Assembly (NCBI GenBank): GCA_002633005.1
Contig: NMRA01000273.1
Location: forward strand, 63,506 to 127,505
Origin: Phoronis australis
Taxonomy: Eukaryota > Animalia > Phoronida
Direction: 5' to 3'
DNA: 64,000 bases
Below the pieces are notes generated by a model. It saw nothing but the letters and a program-made list of their open reading frames with translations, had not been told where the DNA came from and ran no database searches. Position 1 is the first letter of the stretch, and every line of letters starts with the position of its first letter. Below are positions 14,501-27,558 of the stretch, piece by piece. The translations under genes were made by a program, and so were the position numbers.

Positions 14501-17500
14501 TGGTCTGTTACTTTCATTCACATGTAGTAACAATTATGGTCCTTCTTACAGTTCTTTGTAAGCGATCATTTGAAGATGAATGATGGGCACAGTGTCTAGG
14601 CTTTGAACATTGGTGGGGGAATCCATCCCTTATGGAACACAAAATGTTGTGCATAACCTCTCTTCATTTGGCTTTTTATGTGCCCACATATTTATATGTG
14701 GTCACATGTTGCCGTCATTTCTGTCTGGGCATCCGGTGTCCAGGTGTCCAGCTGTCCACAGCTATATCTCCTAAACTCCAAACAGCAGCCAGATGAGATT
14801 TGGCACTTGTGTTCCTATGAAGCTGATGACGGGCAACGATGTCATAATGTGATGTCTATGGCTTGGACCAGTTCTGCGGACGATGCCCTCATTGAAATAT
14901 GGATATTTACTCAAAACTTGATCTTAAGGATTGTATGAAAAGAAAACTGGTTTATTACATAAAAAGGAATACTGATGGAAAGTATATAACTACCCGAATA
15001 ACTAAGTTACAGTGACAAATACACAAAAAGTCTGTATGTAAGTCATGAAGAGGAAATCTGAGAATGATTTTCCGACGACTTCATCTACTGTGGCCCCTCT
15101 TAGACGCAGTTATGTATTTTTTTGTGCCTATAGCCTCCTAGTGGCACTTTGATTTTTTCGTTTTCCTCGGTTTTTCATAATTTCCTTGACGGATTTTTAT
15201 GAAATTTGGTAAATAGCTTTGATGACACATACCAGTTTTTGGATGGATTGGACGTAATTTGCATCATGTAGTGGTCATTTATATGTTCCAAATAAACACC
15301 CCTAGAGGCCCACCGTTTGCGGTGCATTGATCATGGGTGCATTTCAACGCTCGGCGTTGCTCTTGTTTAAATTCTGGTTTTCGAACTTTTATAATTGTAC
15401 ATACCGGTATACTATATGACCATTTTGTGCCTTCTTAAGAAAATTTCTCCAAACAAAATTTCACTCCACATTGATGACTCTAGTCAATTGTCCTCCTGTG
15501 CTGTGCAACCAAACACCTCATTAATAGTAGACTTGCACACTTGATTTGTTACAACATTTGAAACAAGTGTAAGTATGCAATCAACTTTGCTATTCAGACA
15601 CCTTCTTGTATTTGGTGTTTTACTTACTAGGTTAGCCAATCTGCCGCTTTAATGGAAGTGGCCTGTCTATTTTTCATCGATAACTTTTTGTATTGTTTTT
15701 GCAATGAAAAAATATCTCATGGGTATTGAAGAGAGCTCTAGGGAACCTTCCTTGATTATGGATATTGTCCTCAGTTTGTGTTTCCGTTTGTTGTCAAACG
15801 GTTTGCTGCAAATATGACGGTGTACACGTGGAAATCTAGTCCATCATCTATCCTGACTTCCTCTGTGTGTCGTTTGCAGCAGTGGACTTTGTTGGAAAAG
15901 GGCTTACTGCGTCACGAGCTGACTGGCAAGTGTCTCACAGCTGATGTGAAGGAAACTCAATCCATTGCTTTACTGCAATCGTGTGAATATAAACCAAACC
16001 AGGTATTGTATTTGTTTTTCATCATTTGATTCCCATTTTGGTCGAGTTCAGTCAGTGGCATATGCAGCCTTCCAGAGTGGTTACCTCAACTACATATTGG
16101 AAACATTCACTAATTGAGATTGAAATAAGTCTTATGTATTTGTATTGGCCTTGCTGTAGAACTATATGTAAGTCGCTTTCACTATGGATGTTTACAATTC
16201 TTCAGTATTCAAAGACCATTTTCCATTCAAAGATGTGATTTTACATTCTTTGCATATAGAGAAAATAGAACAATCTAAATACATTCTGAATCAGCAATAA
16301 ATATAAAAATCAAAATTAACTGAAAATTAAGAGAAAAATGTTTTCTCACAATATACCAGTATATAAANGATGGATTCGACCTAGTTTGCACCACCTAGTG
16401 GCCATATTTACTGTTTTTTGGCGTTCACCCCTCGATCAACCAAACTGCTTTCAGGATAATTGTGAAAACTGGCATATATGTTTTTACTATGAAGTGAACT
16501 TTTGACGATGATGTCTGATGACTTCGACTACTGTGACGCCTTCTAGTAGCAGTTTCGTTTTTGCGCTCATGGCTGTATCTCCTAAACCATTTGCAGTATC
16601 TTTACTCAATTTGACAAGTGTGTTTATATGATGTTGACAACGGACGACGACGATTTTCGAATGGATCTGATTACTGGTGTGCCCCCTGGTGGTAATTTTA
16701 GTTTTATGTTTACCTCTGTATCATCAAAGGTCCTCAACGGATTTTCATAAAATTTTGAATATAGGCATCTATTGGTGAGATGATGCTATCCTCCCGTTTT
16801 TGGATGGAATCAAGGTATTTTGCGCCACTTTGTGGCCATTTTTGCTGTTTTCGGGTCTGTTTTTTGGCGTCTACCTCTTATCAATCAAATCATTCTAAGG
16901 ATGGTTTTGAAAATTGGCGTATGCGTTCTCAGTGTGAAGAGGACGATTGGCAATGACAACTTTGACTACTGTGGCACCTTCTAGTGGTAGTTTTGTTTTA
17001 TGCCCGTAGCTGGATCTCCTAAGCCCACTGCAGGATCTGTATCAAATTTAATTAGTAAGTGTATTAATATGAAGCTAACAACAATGACGACATTCAGGTG
17101 GATCCAATGAACAGTGTGCCTCCTAGTGGCAATTTCATTTCAATATGTTTTCCTTTGTTTCTCTGAAGTTCCGTGACGGATTTCTATGACATTTCAATTG
17201 GTGTATAGCTTTCTATAAAGAAGCAATGACATGTTTCCGTTTTCGGATGGATTGTACCTTTTTGCCCCATCTAGTAGCCATTTGTATGACACAAATTAAC
17301 AACCCTAAAAGCACGCCATTTGCGATGCATTCATGGGCGCATTTCAACGCTCCGCATTGCTCTTGTATTGTTTTTGAGTCTGTTTTTTTGACGTCCGCCC
17401 TTCTATCAACCAAACCGCTATGGGGATGATTTTGAAAATTGGTTTATATATTTTTACTGTGAAGAGGGTGGCTGACGAGGATTTTCCAATGACATCGACT

Positions 17501-20500
17501 ACTGTGGCGCCGCCTAGTGGCAGTTTTGCTTGTTTTTGTGCCCATGGCTGTATCTCCTAAACGCTTTACAGGATCTTTATTGAATTTTGCTGGTGCATTT
17601 GTATGAAGTTGACAACAGAGGACGATAAATTTCGAATGGATCGGGTTACCGGTGTGCTCTTATTGGCAATTTTATTTGTTTACGTTTACCTCGGTCAGTA
17701 TCTTCAAAGGTTGTCAATGGATTTTCATAAAATTTGGCAAATAGTGAGGTGAAGCTATCATCCGGTTTTCAGTTGAAAGCGAGGCATTTTACGCCACCTT
17801 GTGGCCATTTCAAATGTTTTTGAGTTTGTCATTTGGCATTTGCCCCTCTGTCAACCAAACCACTCCAAGGATGATTTTGGAAATTGGCATGTATGTTCAT
17901 AATGTGAAGAGGGGGCTGACGATGAGTTTCCGATGACCTCGACCACTGTGGTACCTCTTAGTGGCAGTTTTTTTATGCCCATGTCTGTGTTTCCTAAACC
18001 CTTTGCAGGATCGTTCTTAAACTTAATTAAATCAGTTTCTTAAACTTAGCAAGTGTATTTATATGAACTTGACAACAAACAACAATTACTTTCAGATGGA
18101 TCCGACTACCGGTGTGCCCCCTAGTGGCAATCTTAGTTTTTTTTAACTTGATCTTTGTATCTTCAAAGGTCCTCAACGGATATTCATAAAATTTGGCAGA
18201 TACGTATCTATTAGTGAGTTGACGCAATCCTTCGGATTTTGGCTCGATTTGCACCACCAGTAGCAGACATACTGTTTTTGAGTCTTGTTATTTGGCGTCT
18301 GCTCCTCTGTCAACCAAACCACTCTAAGGATAATTGTGGAAATTGGCATCTATGTAGAATGTGAAGAGGAAGCGTGAAGATGATTTTCCGACGACTTCAT
18401 CTACTGTGGTGCCTCTTAGTGGCAGTTATATTTTTTGTGCCTATAGTGGCAATTTCATTTTTTCATTTTCCGCGGTTTCTCAAAAGTACCTTGAGGAATT
18501 TTTATGAAATTTGTTAAATGACATACCAGTTTTTGGATGGCTTCGACATATTTTGCGCCATCTAGTGGCCATTTTTATTTTTCAAATAAATTCCCCTAGA
18601 AGCACACTGTTTGCGGAGGATTCGTGGGCGCATTTCAACACTGCATTGCTGTTGTTTCATTAGGACATCAGTTGATACTGACCTGCCCGTTTTTTCGTTA
18701 GGTCATCAGTCGATACGGACCTATCCATTTTTCATTAGGCTATCAGTTGATATGGATCTGCTCATTTTTTCTTTAAGCCATCAGTCGATACGGACCTGCC
18801 CATTTTTTCATCAGGCCATCAGTCGATACGGACATACCCATTTTTTCATCAGGCCATCAATCGCTATGAACCTGCAATTTTTTCATTAGGCCATCAGTCG
18901 ATATGGACCTGCCCATTTTTTCATTAGGCCATCAGTCCATATGGACCTGCCCATTTTTATTAGGCCATCAGCCGAAACAAACCTGCAATTTTTTTCATTA
19001 GGCTATCAGCCGATACGGACCTGCCCATTTTTTTATCAGGCCATCAGTCGATACAAACCTGCCCATTTTTTCATTAGGCCATTAACCGAAACAAACCTGC
19101 AATTTTTTTCATTAGGCCATCAGTCGATACGGACCTGACCATTTTTTTATTAGGCCATTAGCCGAAACAAACCTGCAATTTTTTTCATTAGACCATCAGT
19201 CAATACGGACCTGTCCTGTTTTTCATTAGGTGATCAGTTGATACGGACCTGTCCATTTTTTCATTAGGCCAATAGTCGATAGGGGCCTACCCATTTTTTC
19301 ATTAGTCTATCGATCAGTACGGACCTGCCATTTTGTCAATAGGCCGTCATGCGATACATACCTGCCCATTTCTTCTTTAAGCCTTCAGTCGATACAGACC
19401 TGCCCATTTTTCATTAGACCGTCAGTCGATACGGACCTGTCCATTTTTTCATTAGGCCATCAGTCGATACGGACCTGTCCATTTTTTCATTAGGGCATCA
19501 GTTGATGAGGACCTGCCAATTTTCTCATTACTCCGTCAGTCGATACGGACCTGTCCATTTTTCATTAGGCCATCAGTCGATACGGACCTGTCCATTTTTT
19601 CATTAGGCCATCAGTCAGTACGGACTTGTCCATTGTTTATGTGCCCTCATATTTCTGTCATCTCTGTCCAGCGTCTGGCATCCGCAGCTGTATCTCCTAA
19701 CTCCCCACAGGATCTTGATAACATTTGGCAGATGTGTTCCTATGAAGCTGACGACAGAAGATGACGAATTTTGGACATCTCCGACCACCGGTGTGCCCCG
19801 TAGTGGCAATTTTAGTTTTTTCCGCTTATCTTTGTATCTTCGGAGATCCTACACTGATTTTCATAAAATTTGGCAGTTAGGCATCTATTTGTGAGATGAT
19901 ACCATCCTCCCGTTTTCGGACGGATTCGAGGTACTTTGCGCCACCTAGTGGCCATTTTTACTGTTCTTGAGTCTCTTGTTTGGCATCCGCCCTTCTATCA
20001 ACCAAACCGCTCTTGGGATGATTTTGAACATTGGCATATATGTTCTTAATGTGACCAGGGCAGCTGATGATGATTTTCTGACAACTTCGACTACTATGGT
20101 GCCTCCTTAGTCCTAGTGACTTGTTTTGTGTTGTCTCCCGTGGCTGTATCTCCTAAAGGCTCTACAGGATCTTTATTGAATTTTGCTGGCGTATTTATAT
20201 GAAGTTGACAACAGAGGGTGACTACTTTCAGACGGATCGTACTACCGGTGTTCTCCCTAGTGGCAATTTTAGTTTTTACGTTTACTGCTGCATCTAGATA
20301 ATCATCTGTTAATGGGTGACGCTATCATCCGGTTTTCGGTTGAATTCAAGGCATTTTGCACCACCTAGTGGCCATTTTTACTGTTTGCAAGTCCGTTTTT
20401 TTGGCATCTGCCCCTCTGTCAACCAAACCATTCTTAGAATGATTGTGGAAATTGGCATGTATGTTCCAATATAAAGAGGAGGGCTGACAAGGATTTTCCG

Positions 20501-22525
20501 TCACCTTGACAACTGTGGCAACTCCTAGTGGCAGTTTTTTACACCCTCTGCACAGGATCTTTATTAAAGTTGGCAAGTGCTTGATATGAACTTTACAACA
20601 AACGATGATGACTTTCAGATGGATCGAACTACCGGTTTGCCCTCTAGTGGTAATTTTAGTTTTTTAATTTTACCTGTGTATCTTCAAAGGTCCTCAACGG
20701 ATATTCATAAAATTTGGCAGGTAAGCATCTGTTAATGAGCTGATTATCCTCCGGTTTTGGGTTTGATTCATGGTATTTTGCGCCACCCAGTGGCCATTTT
20801 TACTGTTTTCTAGTCTTGTTATTTGGCATCTGCCCCTCTGTCAACCAAACCACTCTAAAGCTTTTTTTTCGTTTTCCTCGGTTTTTCATAATTTCCTTGA
20901 CGAATTTTTATGAAATTTGGTGAATAGCTTTGATGACACATACCAGTTTTTGGATGGATTGGACGTATTTTGCATCATGTAGTGGTCATTTATATGTTCC
21001 AAATAAACACCCCTAGAGGCCCACCGTTTGCGGTGCATTGATTGTGGGTGCATTTCAACGCTCCGCGTTGCTCTTGTTTAAATTCTGGTTTTCGAACTTT
21101 TGTAATTGTACATACCGGTATACTATATGACCATTTTGTGCCTTCTTAAGAAAATTTCTCCAAACAAAATCTCACTCCGCATTGATGACTCTAGTAAATT
21201 GTCCTCCTGTGCTGTGCAACCAAACACCTCATTAACAGTAGACTTGCACACTTGATTTGTTACAACATTTGAAACAACTGTAAGTATGCAATCAATTTTG
21301 CTATTCAGACACCTTCTTGTATTTGGTGTTTTACTTACTAGGTTAGCCAATCTGCCACTTTAAAGGAAGTGGCCTGTCTGTTTTTCATCGATAACTTTTT
21401 GTATTGTTTTTGCTATGAAAAAATATCTCATGGGCATTGAAGAGAGCTCTAGGGAACCTTGCTTGATTATGGATATTGTCCTCAGTTTGTGTTTCCGTTT
21501 GTTGTCAAACGGTTTGCTGCAAATATGACGGTGTACACGTGGAAATCCAGTCCATCATCTATCCTGACTTCCTCTGTGTGTCGTTTGCAGCAGTGGACTT
21601 TGTTGGAAAAGGGCTTACTGCGTCACGAGCTGACTGGCAAGTGTCTCACAGCTGATGTGAAGGAAACTCAATCCATTGCTTTACTGCAATCGTGTGAATA
21701 TAAACCAAACCAGGTATTGTATTTGTTTTTCATCATTTGATTCCCATTTTGGTCGAGTTCAGTCAGTGGCATATGCAGCCTTCCAGAGTGGTTACCTCAA
21801 CTACATATTGGAAACATTCACTAATTGAGATTGAAATAAGTCTTATGTATTTGTATTGGCCTTGCTGTAGAACTATATGTAAGTCGCTTTCACTATGGAT
21901 GTTTACAATTCTTCAGTATTCAAAGACCATTTTCCATTCAAAGATGTGATTTTACATTCTTTGCATATAGAGAAAATAGAACAATCTAAATACATTCTGA
22001 ATCAGCAATAAATATAAAAATCAAAATTAACTGAAAATTAAGAGAAAAATGTTTTCTCACAATATACCAGTATATAAACTGCAATTTGAAAAAAGACTTG
22101 CCAAAGTGTTTTCTGGCAGTCTTGCAGTCGGACGTATGTAATGTTTCAGTTTTGATCTGTCTGTACTTCGGGAGCAAGTTTTCTGTTATACAGAATTTGT
22201 TGAATGCACGACACTTTTCCGTGAACAATGAAAAGTGTCGTGCATTCAACAAATTCTGTTTTGATCTGTGTAAACACATCATATTTCAATCTGAGCCTGT
22301 GACTGGTACATTTTATGACATATTACATGGAGTCTGCTTCTATATGACATTAAGTTTTCTATTCCACAGAAATGGAAACTAAAAGACAAAATGTTGGTCC
22401 ATGAAGTGTCTGATTTATGCCTGGACAGTGCTAAGGTGACAGAAGTTGGTTTAGTTATCGGCAGTTGTGAATACAGCAACGTTCAAATGTGGCATTTCGG
22501 TATAGAAAAGGGGAGCGCCTTGTGA
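3436..22525 (+). CDS. GALNT16: Polypeptide N-acetylgalactosaminyltransferase, GALNT2/14/16 subfamily (closest to GALNT14/16); 5'-incomplete
   Basis: Exons 3436-3578, 5094-5195, 6001-6068, 7391-7578, 8364-8451, 9413-9497, 11304-11407, 12217-12343 (GC donor), 13130-13222, 13768-13851, 14370-14493, 15880-16002 (or copy 21591-21713), 22370-22525 (TGA). All phases are compatible, giving 494 aa. Motifs: [44 protein letters not shown] (DxH), [50 protein letters not shown], ricin-type lectin with CLD and QxW repeats. The paralog label is from remembered sequences and is less certain than the family. Confidence 0.93.
8501..8553. repeat. (AAT)n microsatellite
   Basis: About 17 AAT units in a GALNT intron. 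Confidence 0.97.
10011..10900. repeat. 70-bp tandem repeat: 11 perfect copies, 1 near-perfect and a partial
   Basis: Unit CTGGGCAGACATTATGTGAAACGCTGTATAACATCAGTTGAATTCTACCCGAGAGTAGATTAGGTGTTAC at 10011, 10081 ... 10781. Confidence 0.98.
14673..15368 (+). mobile_element. HINE-like element, copy 2
   Basis: Same 5' end (TTTTATGTGCCCACATATTTATATGTGG) and 3' end (GGGTGCATTTCAACGCTCGGCGTTGCTCTTGTT) as copy 1. Confidence 0.8.
15153..16367 (+). repeat. ~1.2-kb direct duplication, copy A (contains GALNT lectin exon 15880-16002)
   Basis: Near-identical to 20864-22078 (offset 5711); ends at the N at 16368. Confidence 0.95.
16369..18658 (+). mobile_element. Head-to-tail HINE-like array with ~420-460-bp central units
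   Basis: Marker TCAACCAAAC or a variant recurs near 16436, 16881, 17406, 17851 and 18310; HINE 3' ends at ~17335-17366 and ~18625-18658. Confidence 0.8.
18655..19635. repeat. ~39-bp minisatellite, ~25 diverged copies
   Basis: Consensus TTTTTTCATTAGGCCATCAGTCGATACGGACCTGCCCA. Confidence 0.95.
19636..21079 (+). mobile_element. HINE-like element with ~3 central units
   Basis: 5' TTTATGTGCCCTCATATTT, units spaced ~420 bp, 3' GTGGGTGCATTTCAACGCTCCGCGTTGCTCTTGTT. Confidence 0.8.
20864..22078 (+). repeat. ~1.2-kb direct duplication, copy B (contains the second copy of the lectin exon, 21591-21713)
   Basis: The exon (QWTLLEKG...CEYKPNQ) and its splice sites match 15880-16002; intronic substitutions lie mostly in the 5' half. 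Confidence 0.95.
22190..22259. repeat. Perfect 30-bp inverted repeat with 10-nt loop
   Basis: ACAGAATTTGTTGAATGCACGACACTTTTC-cgtgaacaat-GAAAAGTGTCGTGCATTCAACAAATTCTGT. Confidence 0.95.
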
Positions 22526-23429
22526 GATTTTAAGTGAATCGAGGGATAACTGGAATTGAGAAACTTGACGAGCGAGTCGTACTGTGAGCTGATGGTTATG
22601 ACAGGTGTTCCTCATCACTTAGTTGGAAGTATGTTTGCTTCCTCTGGTAGTTTAATGCTTCTTGCCACTGAAGGTTGCTCTGCTCTTGACTCACTGAAAT
22701 GAGTGTCTATGAACTGGCATTCCATCACGAAAATCACCTTTTCATTTTACAGATTTTCATGAAATTTAACTAGTAGACTTCTATCAAGAAGATGATGACA
22801 TCTTATTATCGAATAAGTTTATCATATTCTGCGCTGCCTAGTGGCCATTTTCATTATTTACGATCATGTTCTTTTGACATCTGCTTCTTTACCTGCCAAA
22901 TGACTGTGACATTTACATTGAATACCCGCCAGGATCGACTCATTATCCAGCTCATTTCCATATATTATGTTGCTTATAGCTCAAGTCTATTCGTGTGAAG
23001 TGCTTTCCTTATCAGTCAAGTAACTGAGGTCAGTTTAATTTTGACGCACTTAAACCCAGTTATAGTGAGCCAATTTTCACGATTCGCAGACAGATTTCGG
23101 TTGCTTTTTTATGTTCTGCGTGTTGTGGAATCATTAATTATTGAAAATGTGTAGTGCTTCAAAAAACAGTTTTATACTTTGATAGGCAGGGTTGTTTATT
23201 ACATGTTATACCCCTGCTGGCAACGCTCGGTTAACCGTGGTTATGCATGGAAATACATTTTCAATGAATCCCTAACCAAAATTAAGTCCAGATGCCTCTG
23301 GCTTAGCGTTGTGCATGATAATGGTATCTGAACCTTGCCTGAATGTTGGTGATGTAGAAGTTGGGGTAAGTGAGGAATTCATGTAATGGTCTTACAGTTG
23401 TAGTGTCCCTAATGGTTATTGTTTTTCTG

Positions 23430-23735
23430 GGATCTGAGCTGGGCTTCCTAAATGCTTGTAGGATCTTTGTGAAATTTGTAAAATGAACGTAGCATGAAAT
23501 GACTACGGCAGTGGCAGTTCTAGTTTCACAAACTTCAGTTAGCTTCTGTATCTTTGGAGTTCTGGGCTGATAAGTTTTTTATTAGGGAGACAACAAGACC
23601 AGCCTGTTTTCAGATAGGTTGACATGTTTTGGATCATCTAGTGGCCAAATTTATGAAACTACTAAACACCCTTAGAAGCATACCGTTTCCGATGCAGTTG
23701 CTGGCTCATTTCAACGCATTGCGTTGTTCTTGTTT
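23430..23735 (+). mobile_element. Old HINE 3' fragment in the presumed GALNT 3' UTR
   Basis: CATCTAGTGGCC...CACCCTTAGAAGCATACCG...CATTTCAACGCATTGCGTTGTTCTTGTT. Confidence 0.65.
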
Positions 23736-24924
23736 GATAAGATATTATTCGTCAAGTATATTTTTGAAAAGCCTTGCATAGGGCTTGTGGGATCTGTTTA
23801 TAGTGTTTGTTAATCTCAATAGGCACTAGTGCTAACAATGGTCCTACCTGTAGAAATGTAATCATGTGGGATTGTTAGTGTTAGGCCACAGACCCATTTA
23901 TGCCGTTGAATTTTCTGCTCCTAATCTATTAGGGTGTTAAAATAGGTACTTTCATTAATTAGCACCATCTGTTGAAAAGAAAACCTCATATTCCCTATTT
24001 TTAAGGGTTGGCTGTTGTATTTTATGTTTTATTTTGGATCAACACCCTAATTTTGTGCTATGTTACATTGTATTGTATTGTATTGTATCGTATTGTAACA
24101 TGATTGTAGTCTCTTGTTTTTATCTCATTGGTGCTAGACTTTATATTTATTGTTGTCTTACATGTGATAAAGCAGAGTAGAGAAGTCATCTCTACACTTG
24201 CTAGTTTCAAGGTGCAGGTCTTCTGATGTAGGGAATGTTGCAATTATTATCTGAATTTATCCAGAATACTCAATACATTTACATGCAATTTAAGGGCTTT
24301 CTGAACAACATGGCTGACAATAATATGAACACGGCTCATGGACCTGAAAACTAAGTCCACTGACTGAGTCACAAACTCATGCCTTCACCCACCCACAAAA
24401 CATGGCTTACGCACCCAAAACGTGCAGCTCATGTACCTCGCATGCAAAAACAAAGCTCACAAACCGCTAACACGGTTAACGCACAGCAAAAAATGCAAGT
24501 GCTGAGGCACTTGTAAACAATGTCCATGGAGTCTTTCCATCAATATGCTTGTTAGCAAATTTAAGTCCTACCTTTAGTGTTTGTAATTGCATGTTTTGTG
24601 AGCATGGGCACAAATTCTTATTAGTAAATCGAGTTTACAGATCCTCGCAACTTGCGTTCATATTTGCGTGAGCCTTGATGTTTGGTTAGCCAGATATTGA
24701 TCTGAATTTGAAAACCAGGTGTTCATCAAGGCTGGCCACTTGACAGTCAGAGCTAGACAATGTGTGCTCTACTTGTAATGGTTGAGCATATCTTATGGTA
24801 ACAAGTGTGATCTTACCAAGCTGGCAAATGGCGAGCCTTAGTGAACACCTTCCTTGTTCCATTTGTGTTTGTGAACAAGTCTTGTCAGTCTGACTTAATG
24901 GAAATGAAACTTTGTATAATATTC

Positions 24925-24939
24925 AATAAATCTAATAAA
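24925..24939 (+). terminator. Candidate GALNT polyadenylation signals
   Basis: Tandem AATAAA at 24925 and 24934, where the strand skew flips from T-rich to A-rich. Confidence 0.45.
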
Positions 24940-27558
24940 ACTATTAAAGAAGTGGACCTGTTCCCGAGGTCTAAATAGTTTCATTCACAATTACACCATT
25001 GTTAGTACAACAGGCAAACATTGGATATGGTCAACAATGACAAAGTTCCAGCTGCTAGTAGTATAGACCTTTCAAATTAATGTGATAGCACATCCGATAA
25101 AATTGCTTAGTACGTTTGGACATGACTTGTGCAAGTTTTAAAGCAAAAGAACTGAAATTGTTTGTGGATACAAACATGGAGATCCATTGACAACTGGATT
25201 GAGGGATACAAACTAGAATAACATATGCAGAACTGAACTTTGTCCAAGACAAGTAGAGGTTCAACTTATGCATGCATCTATCTGATTTTTTTGCTGTTTC
25301 ATTTCAGTAACATTAAAGAGAGACAACTGTAAAGGTATTGCAAATGAGATAACTAACAGTTTTGTATCGTCGATCTATATTTGAAACACAGCACTCCTTT
25401 CACATGAAACAGTTAAGAAAATAAATGCACAATAACTGATCATGTAAATTCATGGCTCAGTGTCTAAAACTACAGTAGAACAATTGTAACATTGCTGAAA
25501 GCACACACGTAATAAAACAATTTAGAGTTTACAACAAGTCAAAAAAGTAACAACTGATGGTAAATTGTTCCATTTTGAGCATTTTGATTTGTAATAGCTG
25601 CCCACAATAAATTCAATATCTCAAAAAGTAAACAAGTCTCAAAATTCTTTACAAGTCCTGGACAAACAAGAAAATATTGGTTACAGCATTTGATTGACTT
25701 TGCTGGTTCTGACCGGTCAACTGGCTAAGATATCGACTAATTTGTAAGGCGGAAGTTGCCATTCAGAACCAATTGGATGTCTTGCTTGACCCGGCGAAGT
25801 CAATCAAGTGCACCTATTGCAGTCATTTTGATGAGCTTCAGCCATTTGATCCCCTGAAATTCATTTGTCTACGTGTTTACTTATACCGACATGCACAACC
25901 AAAAGATACTGCAAATTCTTTACCCAAACCAACACACAATGTGGCAAACAAGTGAATTTCATTTTGTCAAAACTCCCTAACAGGAAAGGTTTAAGAAAAT
26001 TTTAGCCTATAATTAGCCGAATTGCTTTGTACTGTTTTGATGTCATACAACAACACTTAGTTTAGTAAGGTTTACGGCAAAGTAATCGGCAGTGAAAAGT
26101 GTAAAAATATTTTTGTGGGAAGCAAATGAAGAGTACACCATACATAGCACGTGACAGCTGAGTTAATGTAATTATTTCAGGTGACCAAAATGTCAAATAT
26201 GTTCAGAATCACCAAAAACATGGTGGTGAGCTATAGAGTGCAGCTCTTGAGTAAAAGCACTAGACGCATAAAACTAACCATTATAAGGAATGAATTTACA
26301 GACTGACTAAACTAACAATGTCAACTTCTGCAAAATCATGATTACTTTACATGTCAGAACTGAAACTTTCTGGAATGTCTAGCATTTTGAATAATACAAA
26401 TCTGTAACCAGTGTCAATCAAAGATAAGATACACAAATTTGCTGCCTGTAACTCTAGCCAGGGATGAGACCTGTTGATCCAAGGTCATGCTACCTTGCAC
26501 ATGTGCTAAGAAATCTTTCTTCACGGAATGAAAACACTGAATTCTATACCGTCAAATAATTCATGATTATATCAAACCAATAATTCTATATTTTAACTTC
26601 AATGACCAATCTTTTCAGTGGTAGCTATTTTACTTTGTTATGCTAGAATATCCATTTTGCTAGAAGGTCTTGAGCATATTCACCAAACACTGGCTTTTCA
26701 CTCGCAGGATTGTTGCCTGCTTTTAATTTTTGTCGAGATTCACACATACCTTAGTTTTCACAACATCAAACCCGCTGATAACACTAACAGCCATAGACCA
26801 TGACATATAGTGTTAACATATTCATTCAAACTGTTTTAAAATGAACATCCCTGGACTTTGCTAAAACATTTGTTGTAACCAAAATCACAGTAACCAACTC
26901 AACTTTCGTACAGTGCACTGGGACTTGTGGAATGACACATCAAAAGATAGAAAATACAAAACACAGGAACGGAACCCCTCAAAGAGTTTAGGCCAGGGCA
27001 ACACATTCACCAAAAAGCCTATTCTTCTGCTCCTTGGGAACATTTTTACAAAATTAGGTCACATTCAATTAAAAATCAGTTCTCAAGAGACTGATGGGTC
27101 AGAATTGTTTACTTATAAAACTATGCCGGGCTCTATCTTTGTGCTCCGACTTTGAACAATCAAAGGACAAGAAGAAGGAAGACAGGGTTTCAGCAATAAT
27201 ACCATAGAATTTCCATGTCAGTTTGTTGAACAACAAGATCATACAAGAAATAATTTTCTTTTTTTATACTCCTGTAGCCAAATTCCTAACATAGACTACA
27301 TGGTAAAGCAAAGTGAATGAAAACTAGTATTTAATAAGCTGAAATTTTCAGGAGGACGTACAAAGCACTATTTACATGGACTGTGGAAGACAATATGTTG
27401 AGATGTCTAAAAGTGAATTAAACGATATTATTATGAATAAACAAAAGCTCGGCAAACACATTCAGTATACCTCTATGAGGTAACACAACTGTCTTCAGAC
27501 ATGCCTAAGCGCTGTGCCAATGAGCAGGATTACTAGATAGCAGCACTTGTCTCAACAT

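Noticed and set aside
18655-19635. CRISPR-like array or coding ORFs (18611-18889, 18941-19138)
   Set aside because: Contiguous degenerate minisatellite; the ORFs are by-products of the repeat.
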